DNA of 64,000 nucleotides from an uncultured delta proteobacterium (lineage in GTDB: Bacteria; Desulfobacterota; Binatia; Binatales; Binataceae). The translations under genes were made by a program, and so were the position numbers. Location: NCBI GenBank assembly GCA_963808235.1, contig CAWEEQ010000004.1:384001-448000 (forward strand). The letters run 5' to 3'. The notes below the pieces were generated by a model that did no database searches, was not told the origin of the DNA, and saw only the letters and a program-made list of their open reading frames with translations. Positions 41,101-55,490 of this stretch are shown here, piece by piece. The stretch's first letter is position 1. Every line of letters starts with the position of its first letter.

Positions 41101-41766
41101 GTTCGACGAGTTGATTTGGGTAATATCTCCGCCCTGCCCGCCGGAGCGCACTAGCGTTATCTGATTGCCGTATCGATCGCGGATCGACTGTAGTGGAGCG
41201 CCCAGGCCGAAAGAATAAACAGTGAGGTCTCTACGAGTGACATCCCACCCGGGCGTGTTCGCGTTGTACGAAATCGTGGCGCCGAAGAATTCTGCATCGG
41301 GATTGGAGGTGCACTCGAAGATCGCGTCGGTATAGTCAGAGCAGTTTTGCTGCGTGCACGAACTCGTTCGGTTACAGACTATCTGGCCACCATCCGGGAC
41401 TACGATTTCTGCATCGGTATAGCCTGTGCCTGCGTGTTCACTTTGCGAGTACAGATACATGTCGTAGTTGAGATTGTTGCCAAGACCGAACGGTCGAGCG
41501 ATGAAGTTTCCGCCGCCATCTATATCGCCGGACCGATAAATTCGTTTCAGGACGATTGGGATCGGTCCAGCTATATAGAAATCGGTCCGAATATATTCGA
41601 ACAGATCCTGTCCGATATCCGTATCAGGTTCTCCAGGCGCCGGGGCGGCGATCGCCGGCGGCGTTCCTCCAATGATCACCGAGGCTATCGCGACGTTAGC
41701 GATCGATAGAATCGCCAAGATTGCCATCAGAACACACGGGACTCGGGTAGTCTTGAAACTTTTCAC
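38176..41766 (-). CDS. RHS/YD-repeat polymorphic toxin with signal peptide and Ntox37-like C-terminus
   Basis: many YD repeats; core ARYYSP...RFVSEDP; cleavage motif NNDPVNGTDPLG; tip PPGPGW...LHPD...HYD. Confidence 0.9.
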   Translation of the reverse strand: MKSFKTTRVPCVLMAILAILSIANVAIASVIIGGTPPAIAAPAPGEPDTDIGQDLFEYIRTDFYIAGPIPIVLKRIYRSGDIDGGGNFIARPFGLGNNLNYDMYLYSQSEHAGTGYTDAEIVVPDGGQIVCNRTSSCTQQNCSDYTDAIFECTSNPDAEFFGATISYNANTPGWDVTRRDLTVYSFGLGAPLQSIRDRYGNQITLVRSGGQGGDITQINSSNNRYINLSYTDSANPHQITEATDNSGTSHTYAYDSQHRLTSVDSGGETFAYGSSAQLGDIQTLTQWVSLFVNTSTTLTYANAWSGQHGLSKMVTPSGTWSYAITLAGGKIQINKVTDPNGNVRKYTFNNAGYLTSDIRANGTSIASTTTYTRDTASNHILSVTDNIGRVTSYTYDALGNLTSVTKLSGTSNAVTTTYAYEPRCSQLASVTDPLGHGPSMLFDSNCNATTIIDPNQNNWTLAYNNQGQLKSITDPNQPPDTWQFGYDSSEDPASLTDPLGNVSTVAEDAIGRVISATDPLRNTSSWTYTTFNGVDEPSVVTDEIGDIWSFEYEGLGLLINYGFGTYPYGLTGGSGIGYSLSSPITVSITSGAGGTETYVLDPVGNVTSYTDKRGLVSSFTYDALNRLTKIKYNSGNNNAFFQTSVTYTYDGADRVTQLVDTGGGGCPPSWQCTPGNTQTFVYDGLDRVTSLTSTEGAVTYTYDKAGRRTSMQAGSQPQVNYTYDNADDVLTLANGSANVSITYDNDGRRKHLTLPNGVSVAYAYDAAWDLSSLAYSSTLGGSLGNLTYTYDPNGRIVGVGGSLAAVNLPAAVSATYNGGNQLTVWNGANVNSDQANNLLADPTIPTPSTLDWNERNQLESLMRTEFFNYDALGRRETSSTPSTNSTSSYLYDGVIPVRTTTNGTLVADVLAMPGTGEIFARTDSSGLVVLLTDGIGSTIGLVDSTGTIATQYTYEPFGRSTTSGAANANPFKFAGMESDSSGLYHTWARYYSPGLQRFVSEDPLGLGGGDINIFGYANNDPVNGTDPLGLFLLGASIDCEFPQGLANVGDISISLNLPGLSGISVSAISVSNIPSFGQGKRIGDVLLAADTDNMVEIPPLNSDPSVPPGPGWLWVGGKQGSNSGSYLDPVTGWGLHPDFGTHGLPKGDHYDLQRHLLGGRKQKYGLTMNGSKIQLWSEGTQSWTTIFDFEILESLF

Positions 41767-41783
41767 GGCGTTGCCTCTTTCGA

Positions 41784-42341
41784 CTACTGAGTGACGGTGA
41801 AAGGTGCGCTGGCGGTACCTGCCGGCGCGGTGACGGAAACGTTCCCCGTGGTGGCGCCTGCGGGAACCTGGGTCGCGATTGTCGTTTGCGTAGACGAACT
41901 GACGGTGGCTGCCTGACCGTTGAACGTTACCGTGTTCTGACTCGGGGTGGTGCTGAATCCGTCACCGTAAATTGTAACGTTTGTCGAGATCGGCCCGTTA
42001 TTTGGCGACAGACTGAAGATCGAAACGTGCGAAGCGTTAGTCGTGGATATAGAGAGGAGATTTCCCGCGCTGTCGTATTGATAGCTCGCGGCGTTGCCAG
42101 AACCGTCCACGACGCCTACCAGTCTCCCGAGGGGATCGTAGACGTAAGTGATATTTCCGGCATATGCGATCCAGTTCAGTCCAGGAAAATATTCGACTGA
42201 AATCGCTAAAACGAACGTGATCAGCGCTAAACCAAACGCGATCACCAGCGACTTCTTCGGCGGGCGCGACCTGGAATGTTCGCTGAAGGCGCGCCTCGAC
42301 GAGGGCTTGCCGTTTGGGCAGGAATAGGATCGGTTGAGCAT
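41784..42341 (-). CDS. exported YD-repeat plus IPT/TIG domain protein
   Basis: TM/signal helix, YVYDPLGRL...YQYDSAGNL, SLSPNNGP..VTIYGDGF..NTVTFNG; GGAGG RBS (alternative start 42383). Confidence 0.8.
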   Translation of the reverse strand: MLNRSYSCPNGKPSSRRAFSEHSRSRPPKKSLVIAFGLALITFVLAISVEYFPGLNWIAYAGNITYVYDPLGRLVGVVDGSGNAASYQYDSAGNLLSISTTNASHVSIFSLSPNNGPISTNVTIYGDGFSTTPSQNTVTFNGQAATVSSSTQTTIATQVPAGATTGNVSVTAPAGTASAPFTVTQ

Positions 42342-42463
42342 CGTGCCATGCCTCCTTCCTAACTCGACCTTCGCTGCGACCATTGGGCGACGCGCAGCTT
42401 TTCGTCGATTATGTCTCTGAGCGCTCGACCAATTACTCTTGCGCTAACTTTGTGTCAATGCCA

Positions 42464-42484
42464 AAATCGATTATCAATCGATTT
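42464..42484. promoter_or_regulatory. perfect palindrome, candidate operator
   Basis: AAATCGATT-ATC-AATCGATTT next to a minus-strand TTGACA (42453-42458). Confidence 0.45.
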
Positions 42485-42579
42485 CCTACTTTTTGTATCG
42501 CGAAATAAAAGCGAGCGGGCCATTCCGCCTCGGAACCCACAGCCGAATGCAAGAAGTGGACCTCCGGTGAGCCTCAGTC

Positions 42580-42608
42580 TTGACAATGGCGGCAGCCGAG
42601 AATAACTT
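42580..42608 (+). promoter_or_regulatory. sigma70-type promoter of tRNA cluster
   Basis: TTGACA-17 nt-TAACTT, about 20 nt before first tRNA. Confidence 0.7.
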
Positions 42609-42627
42609 TCCCTTCTTAACGTCGTTT

Positions 42628-42699
42628 GCCGATGTAGCTCAACGGTAGAGCACCTGATTTGTAATCAGGATGTTGCGAGTTCGATTCTCGCCATCGGCT
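42628..42699 (+). tRNA. tRNA-Thr(TGT)
   Basis: cloverleaf; anticodon arm CCTGA-TTTGTAA-TCAGG. Confidence 0.95.
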
Positions 42700-42738
42700 C
42701 GGGATCGAAAAATTCCTTTGCGGGCAAATTTCCTCTGG

Positions 42739-42824
<86 letters not shown>

Positions 42825-42863
42825 CTATGATCTGTATGTATGATAATAAGATCGACGGGGAGA

Positions 42864-42939
42864 GCGGGAATAGCTCAGTTGGTAGAGCGCGAGCCTTCCA
42901 AGCTCGGGGTCGCGGGTTCGAGTCCCGTTTCCCGCTCCA
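42864..42939 (+). tRNA. tRNA-Gly(TCC)
   Basis: GCGGGAA acceptor, CTTCCAA loop, CCA end. Confidence 0.95.
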
Positions 42940-43012
42940 GATTTTTTTCGATGCGCGAGTTTCCGATCGCGAGGAGAGATGATTCGAGGGAATTGTTCCA
43001 ATGCGGACGGGC

Positions 43013-43085
<73 letters not shown>

Positions 43086-43153
43086 TTCCAGACTCTGTCG
43101 CACGCCGGAACGCCGGCATGGTTAGAATTACTTAGAACGCGGGGCATAGTACA

Positions 43154-43309
43154 ATGAGAGATCTGATTTCACTTTCATGCGACACCTGCAAGGCGCGCAA
43201 CTACACCACAACCAAGAACAAGAAAACGCAGACGGACAAGTTTTCGATCAAAAAGTTCTGCCCCAAATGCCGCTCGCATACAGTCCATCGCGAAGGCAAA
43301 ATTTCTTGA
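43154..43309 (+). CDS. rpmG: 50S ribosomal protein L33 (Zn-binding form)
   Basis: MRDLISLSCDTCKARNYTTTKNKK...KKFCPKCRSHTVHRE; not in ORF track. Confidence 0.95.
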   Translation: MRDLISLSCDTCKARNYTTTKNKKTQTDKFSIKKFCPKCRSHTVHREGKIS

Positions 43310-43345
43310 GCGGAAACGCGTTGCGACCGCGAAACTGTTATAAGC

Positions 43346-43422
43346 GGGTCAGTAGCTCCAATTGGCAGAGCATCGGACTCCAAATCCGAGGGTTCCAGGT
43401 TCGACCCCTGGCTGGCCCGCCA
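43346..43422 (+). tRNA. tRNA-Trp(CCA)
   Basis: TCGGA-CTCCAAA-TCCGA, CCA end. Confidence 0.95.
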
Positions 43423-43463
43423 AAATTTAACTATTTAACTGGATCTTGTGTTAGGCATGAAAA

Positions 43464-43667
43464 ATGGATAGTCTAAAAAGTTACCTCAATCAGGGCGTTA
43501 GTTTCGTTCAGGAAGCATGGACGGAGCTTTCAAAGGTCCATTACCCGTCGCCCAAGGAAACCATGCAGGCCACCATCGTCGTGGTCGGATTGTCGTTTGT
43601 GATGGCTCTATGGTTGGGCGTGATTGACTTCTTCGCGGTCCGCGGCGTCCAGATGCTGCTGCGCTAG
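43464..43667 (+). CDS. secE: preprotein translocase SecE
   Basis: ELSKVHYPSPKET plus one TM helix; gene order. Confidence 0.92.
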   Translation: MDSLKSYLNQGVSFVQEAWTELSKVHYPSPKETMQATIVVVGLSFVMALWLGVIDFFAVRGVQMLLR

Positions 43668-43703
43668 CGTTAACGATCGAACTTTTTAGGGCTCGTTGAG
43701 ACC

Positions 43704-44291
43704 ATGACTGAACCCGGCACCGAAAGCGACAAGACTGGCGTCGAAACCGCCGCCGCGCCTGCGATGAAATGGTATGTCGTCCATACCTATTCGGGCTACG
43801 AGCACAAGGCCAAGGCCGCGCTCGAGCAGCAGGTCCGCTCGCTTCACATGGAGGGCCGCATCGGCAAGGTGCTGGTCCCAATCGAGCGCGTGCAGGAACT
43901 CGGCAAGGGCGGCGCGCGCAAGGTCTCCAGCCGTAAATTCTTCCCCGGCTATATTTTCGTGCAGATGGTACTCGACGATGAGACCTGGCACGTCATCAAG
44001 AATACTCCGAAGATAACCGGCTTCGTCGGCCATTCAACCAATCCGCCCGAAGTGCCCGAGTCCGAAGTGGGCGAGATCGAACAGCAGATGGAGGAGGGCG
44101 CACTGCGACCCAAACCCAAAGTGCTGTTCGAAGTGGGCGAAGCGATCAAGGTCGTCGACGGTCCGTTCCAGGACTTCAACGGCACCGTCGAGGAAGTCAA
44201 GCCCGAGAAGGGCAAGGTGCGCGTTTTAATTTCGATCTTCGGGCGCGCAACGCCGGTAGAACTCGACTTCGTACAGGTAGAAAAGGCCTGA
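43704..44291 (+). CDS. nusG: transcription factor NusG
   Basis: WYVVHTYSGYE, FPGY, KOW domain. Confidence 0.97.
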   Translation: MTEPGTESDKTGVETAAAPAMKWYVVHTYSGYEHKAKAALEQQVRSLHMEGRIGKVLVPIERVQELGKGGARKVSSRKFFPGYIFVQMVLDDETWHVIKNTPKITGFVGHSTNPPEVPESEVGEIEQQMEEGALRPKPKVLFEVGEAIKVVDGPFQDFNGTVEEVKPEKGKVRVLISIFGRATPVELDFVQVEKA

Positions 44292-44398
44292 GCAAAAAAA
44301 GGGGCATCGGCACACTCCGCGAGCTCGCGGACCGAATTCTGTTAGTCGGGCGCGAATGAGACGCGCCGGAACCAGGGGCACGGGGACGCTGAAATCAA

Positions 44399-44824
44399 GT
44401 GGCTAAGAAAGTAGTCGGATCGATCAAATTGCAAATTCCAGCCGGCGCGGCTAATCCGTCGCCGCCGGTAGGCCCGGCGCTCGGCCAGCGCGGGGTCAAT
44501 ATCATGGAGTTCTGCAAGAGCTTCAACGCGCAGACCCAGAACATGCAGGGGATGACGATCCCGGTAGTCGTCACCGTATACGCAGACCGTTCGTTTACCT
44601 TCGTCACCAAGAGCCCGCCCGCTTCCAACCTTCTGCTGCGCGCGGCGGGAATCGAAAAGGGCTCTCCGATGCCCAACAAGAACAAGGTCGGCAAGGTCAC
44701 CCGCGCGCAGGTCGAGGAAATCGCCAAGACCAAGCTCAAAGACCTGACTGCGGCCGACCTCGCCGCGGCGATCAACACCGTCGCCGGCACCGCGCGCTCG
44801 ATGGGTATCGACGTCACCGACTAG
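44399..44824 (+). CDS. rplK: 50S ribosomal protein L11
   Basis: [23 protein letters not shown]. Confidence 0.98.
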   Translation: MAKKVVGSIKLQIPAGAANPSPPVGPALGQRGVNIMEFCKSFNAQTQNMQGMTIPVVVTVYADRSFTFVTKSPPASNLLLRAAGIEKGSPMPNKNKVGKVTRAQVEEIAKTKLKDLTAADLAAAINTVAGTARSMGIDVTD

Positions 44825-44838
44825 GAATAAAAATCAAG

Positions 44839-45552
44839 ATGGCAGGCAAGAAATATAAGGAAGCGGCCAAGAAGATCGATCGGGAGCATCGCTACACGCT
44901 CGAAGAAGCGGTCAAGCTGGTGGTCGATAACAAGGTCGCCAAGTTCGACGAGACGGTCGAAATCGCGGTGCGACTAGGCGTCGATCCGCGCCAGGCCGAT
45001 CAGAATGTTCGCGGAACGATCGTCCTTCCGCACGGGACCGGAGCGGTCGCCCGCGTGCTGGTGGTCGCCAAGGGCGACAAGGAGCGCGAGGCACGCGAAG
45101 CGGGCGCGGACTTTGTCGGCGGCGAAGAGATCATCAAAAAAATTCAGGAAGAGAACTGGCTCGACTTCGACCGCGTGATCGCGACTCCGGACATGATGGG
45201 CCAGGTTGGGCGTATCGGAAAAATTCTCGGGCCGCGCGGCCTGATGCCCAATCCCAAAGTCGGCACCGTCACCTTCAACGTCGCCAAGGCGGTCGCGGAA
45301 ATCAAGGCTGGAAAAGTCGACTACCGGGTCGACAAAGCCGGCGTCGTCCACGCCCGCGTCGGCAAGATAAGTTTTGGAGACAGCAAGCTGCTCGAAAACG
45401 TCCGCGCGATCCTTGGCGCGATCGTTCGCTCCAAGCCGGCCAGCGCCAAGGGCAATTACGTGCGGAGCGTGGCGCTGTCCTCGACGATGGGTCCCGGAAT
45501 CAGGGTCGATACGGGCGTCGCGACGGCCAAGTCGCTCGCCGCGGCAGCATGA
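44839..45552 (+). CDS. rplA: 50S ribosomal protein L1
   Basis: [18 protein letters not shown]. Confidence 0.98.
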   Translation: MAGKKYKEAAKKIDREHRYTLEEAVKLVVDNKVAKFDETVEIAVRLGVDPRQADQNVRGTIVLPHGTGAVARVLVVAKGDKEREAREAGADFVGGEEIIKKIQEENWLDFDRVIATPDMMGQVGRIGKILGPRGLMPNPKVGTVTFNVAKAVAEIKAGKVDYRVDKAGVVHARVGKISFGDSKLLENVRAILGAIVRSKPASAKGNYVRSVALSSTMGPGIRVDTGVATAKSLAAAA

Positions 45553-45588
45553 GGTTTTTGTTCGTAGCACTCGGGCTTGTATAATCAG

Positions 45589-46164
45589 ATGAAGAAAACA
45601 GAGAAAACCGCGCTGGTCGAAGATCTCGCGAGTAGTTTCGGCCGCGCCAGTATTGCACTTGTCTCGGAGTACCGCGGGATGACGGCGGCCGAATCAACCG
45701 AGATGCGCAAGCGGCTGCGCGCCGTGCGCGGCGAGATGCGCGTTGCGAAGAACACGCTCGTTCGCCGCGCGATCAAGGGCACCGCGTACGAGGCGCTCGA
45801 TTCAAACCTCGGCGGGCAGATCGGGCTAATCCTGAGCTACGAAGATCCTGTCGCGCTGGCGAAGACCTTCACCTCGTTTGGCCCGCTCGGCGACAAGCTG
45901 AAGCTGCGCGCCGCGGTCCTCGACGGCAAGACGCTGACCGTCGCGGAAATCCAGGCGCTGGCGAAGCTGCCCTCGCGCGAGGTCATCTTCGGGCAGTTGC
46001 TCGGACTCTTGAATGCGCCGGCGACGCAACTGGTCAGGCTGCTCAACGAGCCCGGCTCGTACCTGGCGCGCGTGATCGACGCGATCGGAAAGAAGAACGG
46101 CGCGGGCACCGCGACTCCCCCAGCCGCTGCCGGAAGAGGCGCCACCGGCGGCCGCGGCCCCTGA
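45589..46164 (+). CDS. rplJ: 50S ribosomal protein L10 (tail probably frameshifted; true stop may be 46189)
   Basis: EYRGMT, VAKNTL, LAKLPSRE. Confidence 0.93.
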   Translation: MKKTEKTALVEDLASSFGRASIALVSEYRGMTAAESTEMRKRLRAVRGEMRVAKNTLVRRAIKGTAYEALDSNLGGQIGLILSYEDPVALAKTFTSFGPLGDKLKLRAAVLDGKTLTVAEIQALAKLPSREVIFGQLLGLLNAPATQLVRLLNEPGSYLARVIDAIGKKNGAGTATPPAAAGRGATGGRGP

Positions 46165-46270
46165 GGCACCGCCGGCATCGGAAGGATAGTCACAATTTAG
46201 GCTTTAAAAGATTTTCCGGGGCGCTCCCACAATCTCCCCGGACGAAGTAGGACGAAGGAGAGCAGATACA

Positions 46271-46660
46271 ATGTCAGAAGCACAACTCAGCCGCGATCAG
46301 GTGAAGGATTATCTGAAGAACCTGAGCCTTATCGACGCGGCCGCTCTGGTCAAAGAACTCGAAGCCGAACTCGGCGTCTCAGCGGCGGCTCCAGTCGCGG
46401 CGGCGGCAGCGCCGGCGGCAGGCGGGGCAGCAGCGGCGGAGCCCGAGAAGGAAGAGTTCAACGTCGTGTTGACCGGCTCCGGCGACAAGAAGATCCAGGT
46501 GATCAAAGTCGTCCGCGAGCTGACCGGACTCGGCCTCAAGGAGGCCAAGGACCTGGTTGACGGCGCGCCCAAGGCGGTCAAGGAAGGCGTAAACAAGGCC
46601 GAGGCCGAAGAGATCAAGAAGAAGCTGGAAGCCGCGGGCGGCAGCGTGGAGTTGAAGTAG
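46271..46660 (+). CDS. rplL: 50S ribosomal protein L7/L12
   Basis: [23 protein letters not shown]. Confidence 0.98.
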   Translation: MSEAQLSRDQVKDYLKNLSLIDAAALVKELEAELGVSAAAPVAAAAAPAAGGAAAAEPEKEEFNVVLTGSGDKKIQVIKVVRELTGLGLKEAKDLVDGAPKAVKEGVNKAEAEEIKKKLEAAGGSVELK

Positions 46661-46895
46661 GGAAGGGTCAGCTTTTTTGACGCACAATCAAGGGTCGGGG
46701 AATTCTACGCGCGCGGCGGCCGAAGCTCGTGCGCGAGGATTTCATCCGCTCTTTACCGATAAAGCCGTGGGCCCGGGGAAGACTCCGGCGTCCGCGGCCT
46801 TTATTGCTTCAGAGCCGCACCGTTCGCGGAGTGATCATCGCCGTCGCGGAGCGTCCAGTAAAGCACAAGGCGCATGGCAACGGTGAGGTAAGCAG

Positions 46896-51007
<4,112 letters not shown>

Positions 51008-51022
51008 GGAGTTATAAACGAG

Positions 51023-54000
51023 ATGGAAGATCTCTTTGGAATATTTGAGAAGCCCAAGAATCCACTGGCGTTCAACGCGATCCGCATTTCGATAGCGTCG
51101 CCGGAAATGATCCGCTCGTGGTCGCACGGCGAGGTCAAGAAGCCGGAGACGATCAACTACCGGACCTTCAAGCCGGAGCGCGACGGACTTTTCTGCGCGA
51201 AGATTTTCGGGCCGACCAAGGACTACGAATGCAATTGCGGCAAGTACAAACGCATGCGGCATCGCGGCGTGGTCTGCGAAAAGTGCGGAGTCGAAGTAAT
51301 CCAGTCGAAAGTGCGCCGCGAGCGGATGGGTCATATCGATCTGGCCGCGCCGGTCGCGCACATCTGGTTCCTGCGCTCGCTGCCCTCGCGTATCGGCACC
51401 CTGCTCGACATGACGCTGAAGGAACTCGAGAAGGTCCTCTACTTCGAGTGCTATGTCGTCACCGACGCCGGTGAGACGCCGCTCCAATACAAGGAACTCC
51501 TGACCGAGCGCAAATATCGCGAGAACCGCGAATTGTACGCCGACGGCTTCAAGGCCGAGATGGGTGCTGAAGCCGTCCGCTCACTGCTGGGACAGCTTGC
51601 ACTCGACAAGCTCGCCGAGGAACTTCGCGCCGAGATGAAGGCGACGGCGAGCGAGGCGCGGCGCAAGAAAGTTGCCAAGCGGCTGAAGGTCGTCAACGCA
51701 TTCCGCGACTCGGGCAACAAGCCCGAGTGGATGATCCTCACCATCCTTCCGGTGATTCCTCCCGACCTGCGGCCGCTGGTGCCACTCGACGGCGGGCGTT
51801 TCGCCACCTCCGATCTGAACGATCTCTATCGGCGCGTGATCAATCGCAACAACCGTTTGAAGCGGCTGATCGAACTGAACGCCCCGGACATCATTATCCG
51901 CAACGAAAAGCGGATGCTCCAGGAAGCCGTCGATGCGCTATTCGACAACGGGCGCCGCGGACGCGCGATCACTGGTCCTTCGAAGCGTCCGCTCAAGTCG
52001 CTCTCCGACATGCTCAAGGGCAAGTCGGGACGCTTCCGGCAGAACCTGCTCGGCAAGCGCGTCGACTACTCGGGCCGCTCGGTTATCGTGGTCGGCCCAG
52101 AGCTGCGCCTCCACCAGTGCGGCCTGCCGAAAAAGATGGCGCTCGAGCTGTTCAAGCCCTTCATCTACAACAAGCTCGAAGAAAAGGGTTACGTCACGAC
52201 TATCAAGAGCGCGAAAAAGATGGTCGAGAAAGAGGGCAAGGACGTTTGGGATATCCTCGATGAGGTTATCCGCGAGCATCCGGTGCTGCTCAACCGCGCG
52301 CCGACGTTGCATCGACTCGGCATCCAAGCGTTCGAGCCGGTGCTGATCGAGGGAAAAGCGATTCAGCTTCATCCACTGGTATGCGTCGCGTACAACGCCG
52401 ACTTCGACGGCGATCAGATGGCGGTCCACGTGCCGCTGTCGATCGAAGCGCAGGTCGAATCGCGCGCGCTCATGATGTCCACCAACAACATCCTGTCGCC
52501 GGCGTCAGGCAAGCCCGTGATCGTGCCGACTCAGGACATGGTGCTGGGACTCTATTACATGACGCGTGAGAAACCGCTGGCGCGTGGCGAGGGCAAGAAT
52601 TTCGCCAACGTCGAGGAAGTGCGAATCGCGTACGACCACGAGGAAATCGATCTGCACGCGAAGATCACGGTCCGGATGTCGCCGCTGCTGGCGACCGGAA
52701 TCGTGCCGGAGGCGGCAGAGACCAACGGCCGTCCGCGCGGCAAGGCCAAGGCGCGTGAAGCCGCGTCTGCTCACGCTGCGGCCCCGGCGCTCGAACGGGT
52801 TACGACTACCGTCGGCCGGGTGCTGCTCTACGAGATCGTTCCGCCCGAGGTTCCGTTCACCGAGCTCAACAAGACGATGAAGAAAAAGGAGCTCGGCAAC
52901 CTGATCGACATCGTCTATCGCCGCTCGGGCGACAAGGCGACGGTTATCTTCGCCGACCGGCTGAAGGATATCGGCTTTGAATTCGCGACCAAGGCGGGAA
53001 TCTCGATCTCTATTAAGGACATGACAATTCCGCCGCAGAAGGCGCATCTGCTCGAAGGCGCGCAGAAGCAGGTCAGCGAGATTCAGCAGCAGTACAACAA
53101 CGGCGTGATCACCGACGGCGAGCGCTACAACAAGGTCGTCGACATCTGGGCCGAAGTTCAGGATCAGATCGGCAGCGCCGTTATCAAGGGGCTGTCGACC
53201 CAGGTCTTCGGCAAGAACGACAAGGGCGAGACGATTACCGGCCCGTCGTTCAATCCGATCTTCATCATGGCCGACTCGGGCGCTCGAGGATCCGAGCAGC
53301 AGATTCGACAGCTGGCGGGACTCCGCGGCCTGATGGCGAAGCCGTCGGGAGAAATAATCGAGACTCCGATCACCGCGAACTTCCGCGAGGGGCTCACGGT
53401 GTTGCAGTACTTCATCTCGACTCACGGCGCGCGCAAGGGACTCGCCGACACCGCGCTCAAGACGGCAAACTCGGGCTACCTGACCCGCCGCCTGGTCGAC
53501 GTGGCGCAGGACTCGATCATCAGCGAAGACGATTGCGGCACGCTCGACGGAATCGAGATGGCGCCGCTGGTCGAAGGCGGCGAGATAATCGAAGGGCTCG
53601 GCGATCGCGTGCTCGGACGCGTCGCGCTCGAAGATATCCGCGACGCGTTCACCGGCGAAGTGCTGGTCCGCGCCAATGAGATGATCGACGAGGACAAGGT
53701 CAAGCGAATCGAAGATGCGGGCGTCGAGCGAATCAAGATTCGTTCGGTGCTCACCTGCCAGTCGCGCCAGGGCGTATGCGTCAAGTGCTACGGACGCGAT
53801 CTCGGCCGCGGGCATCTGGTGAATCTTGGCGAGTCGATCGGAATTATCGCCGCGCAGTCGATCGGAGAGCCGGGCACCCAGCTCACGATGCGTACCTTCC
53901 ATATCGGCGGCACCGCCAGCCGGCGCGCCGAGCAGACCACGCTCGAAGTCCGCAACGAAGGCGTGATCCGTCTCCATGCGGTCAACACCGTGAAAAGCCG

Positions 54001-55291
54001 CGACGGCAACCTGGTCGTCATGACTCGTCACGGCGAAGTCGTGATCGCAGCCCAGGTTACCGATGAAGGCGGCCGCGTGCGCGAGCGCGAACGCGAACGC
54101 TATCCGCTGGTCTACGGCGCCAAGCTCAAGAAGGCCGAGGGCGACAAGGTGAAGCCGGGCGAGCTGATCGCGGAATGGGATCCGTACACGACTCCGATCA
54201 TCACCGAAGTCGGCGGCACGATTAAGTACGGCGACATAATCGAAGGCAAGACGATGGAGGAGCGGGTCGACGAACGAACCGGCGCGCGCTCCAACGTGGT
54301 AGTCGAATTCAAGGACCTCGACGTGCGTCCGCGTATCTCGATCAAGGACGCGTCGGGCAAGACCGTAAAGCTGCCGAATTCGAACAACGTCGCGCGCTAC
54401 TTCCTGCCGGTCGGCGCCTACATCAACGTGCCCGAAGGCACCGCGGTGGAACCGGGCGACGTGATCGCGAAGATTCCGCGCGAGACGACCAAGACCAAGG
54501 ACATCACCGGCGGACTTCCTCGAGTCGCGGAACTGTTCGAAGCGCGCAAGCCAAAAGAGTTCGCGGTCATTTCCGAAATAGATGGGCAGGTATCATTCGG
54601 CAAAGACACCAAGGGCAAGCGCAAGGTCGAAGTGACGCCGGAAATCGGCGAGAAGCGCGAGTACCTGATTCCCAAGGGCAAGCATATCGCGGTCCACGAG
54701 GGCGATATCGTCAAGGCGGGCGAGCCGTTGATGGAAGGCTCGTCGAATCCGCATGACATCCTGACCATCCTCGGCGAGAAGGCGCTCGCGAAATACCTGG
54801 TCGACGAAATCCAGGAGATCTACCGGCTCCAGGGCGTGCGCATCAACGACAAGCATATCGAAGTGATCGTGCGGCAGATGCTGCGCCGGGTCCGAATCAA
54901 GGAAGTAGGCGACACCCCGTTCCTGGTCGGCGACCAGGTCGAGAAGTGGCGCTTCGACGAGGAGAACGGCCGCGTGCTGACTCGCGGCGGAGAGCCCGCG
55001 ATCGCGGAGCCACTGCTGCTCGGAATCACCAAGGCGTCGCTGTCGACGGAAAGTTTCATCTCGGCGGCCTCGTTCCAGGAGACCACGCGCGTGCTTACCG
55101 AGTCTGCGATCAACGGCAAGGTCGATCGCTTGGTCGGACTCAAGGAAAACGTGATCATGGGACGGCTGATTCCGGCCGGTACGGGGATGAACTCGTACAA
55201 CGCGATGGTAGTGAAGGTGGAAGGCACTTCGACCGAGGAAAACGTCGAAAAACCCGAGCTGGCGGCGGCTCCTGCACCGGGCGGAGATTGA
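51023..55291 (+). CDS. rpoC: RNA polymerase beta' subunit
   Basis: [11 protein letters not shown], Zn-finger. Confidence 0.99.
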   Translation: MEDLFGIFEKPKNPLAFNAIRISIASPEMIRSWSHGEVKKPETINYRTFKPERDGLFCAKIFGPTKDYECNCGKYKRMRHRGVVCEKCGVEVIQSKVRRERMGHIDLAAPVAHIWFLRSLPSRIGTLLDMTLKELEKVLYFECYVVTDAGETPLQYKELLTERKYRENRELYADGFKAEMGAEAVRSLLGQLALDKLAEELRAEMKATASEARRKKVAKRLKVVNAFRDSGNKPEWMILTILPVIPPDLRPLVPLDGGRFATSDLNDLYRRVINRNNRLKRLIELNAPDIIIRNEKRMLQEAVDALFDNGRRGRAITGPSKRPLKSLSDMLKGKSGRFRQNLLGKRVDYSGRSVIVVGPELRLHQCGLPKKMALELFKPFIYNKLEEKGYVTTIKSAKKMVEKEGKDVWDILDEVIREHPVLLNRAPTLHRLGIQAFEPVLIEGKAIQLHPLVCVAYNADFDGDQMAVHVPLSIEAQVESRALMMSTNNILSPASGKPVIVPTQDMVLGLYYMTREKPLARGEGKNFANVEEVRIAYDHEEIDLHAKITVRMSPLLATGIVPEAAETNGRPRGKAKAREAASAHAAAPALERVTTTVGRVLLYEIVPPEVPFTELNKTMKKKELGNLIDIVYRRSGDKATVIFADRLKDIGFEFATKAGISISIKDMTIPPQKAHLLEGAQKQVSEIQQQYNNGVITDGERYNKVVDIWAEVQDQIGSAVIKGLSTQVFGKNDKGETITGPSFNPIFIMADSGARGSEQQIRQLAGLRGLMAKPSGEIIETPITANFREGLTVLQYFISTHGARKGLADTALKTANSGYLTRRLVDVAQDSIISEDDCGTLDGIEMAPLVEGGEIIEGLGDRVLGRVALEDIRDAFTGEVLVRANEMIDEDKVKRIEDAGVERIKIRSVLTCQSRQGVCVKCYGRDLGRGHLVNLGESIGIIAAQSIGEPGTQLTMRTFHIGGTASRRAEQTTLEVRNEGVIRLHAVNTVKSRDGNLVVMTRHGEVVIAAQVTDEGGRVRERERERYPLVYGAKLKKAEGDKVKPGELIAEWDPYTTPIITEVGGTIKYGDIIEGKTMEERVDERTGARSNVVVEFKDLDVRPRISIKDASGKTVKLPNSNNVARYFLPVGAYINVPEGTAVEPGDVIAKIPRETTKTKDITGGLPRVAELFEARKPKEFAVISEIDGQVSFGKDTKGKRKVEVTPEIGEKREYLIPKGKHIAVHEGDIVKAGEPLMEGSSNPHDILTILGEKALAKYLVDEIQEIYRLQGVRINDKHIEVIVRQMLRRVRIKEVGDTPFLVGDQVEKWRFDEENGRVLTRGGEPAIAEPLLLGITKASLSTESFISAASFQETTRVLTESAINGKVDRLVGLKENVIMGRLIPAGTGMNSYNAMVVKVEGTSTEENVEKPELAAAPAPGGD

Positions 55292-55325
55292 CAGGAAGGG
55301 TCCCGTCCCATAAATACTTATATTT

Positions 55326-55361
55326 CCCCCAAGGGCATACGTGTCCTTGGGGGGTTTGTTT
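55326..55361 (+). terminator. intrinsic terminator after rpoC
   Basis: CCCCCAAGGGCAT/GTGTCCTTGGGGG stem followed by TTTGTTT. Confidence 0.7.
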
Positions 55362-55490
55362 GAACACCGCGTCTCCACCCGAGACAACCCGGCGAACCGG
55401 AGCGGCGCGAAGCGAGCGTCGTGGCTATGTTTAAGCCGTGAATGTTGAATTGGATACGCGATTCGAGGCGAAGCGAGAGACTTAAAGAAC

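Noticed and set aside
45553-45588. L10 leader RNA
   Set aside because: The rplA-rplJ spacer is only 36 nt with no recognisable structure.
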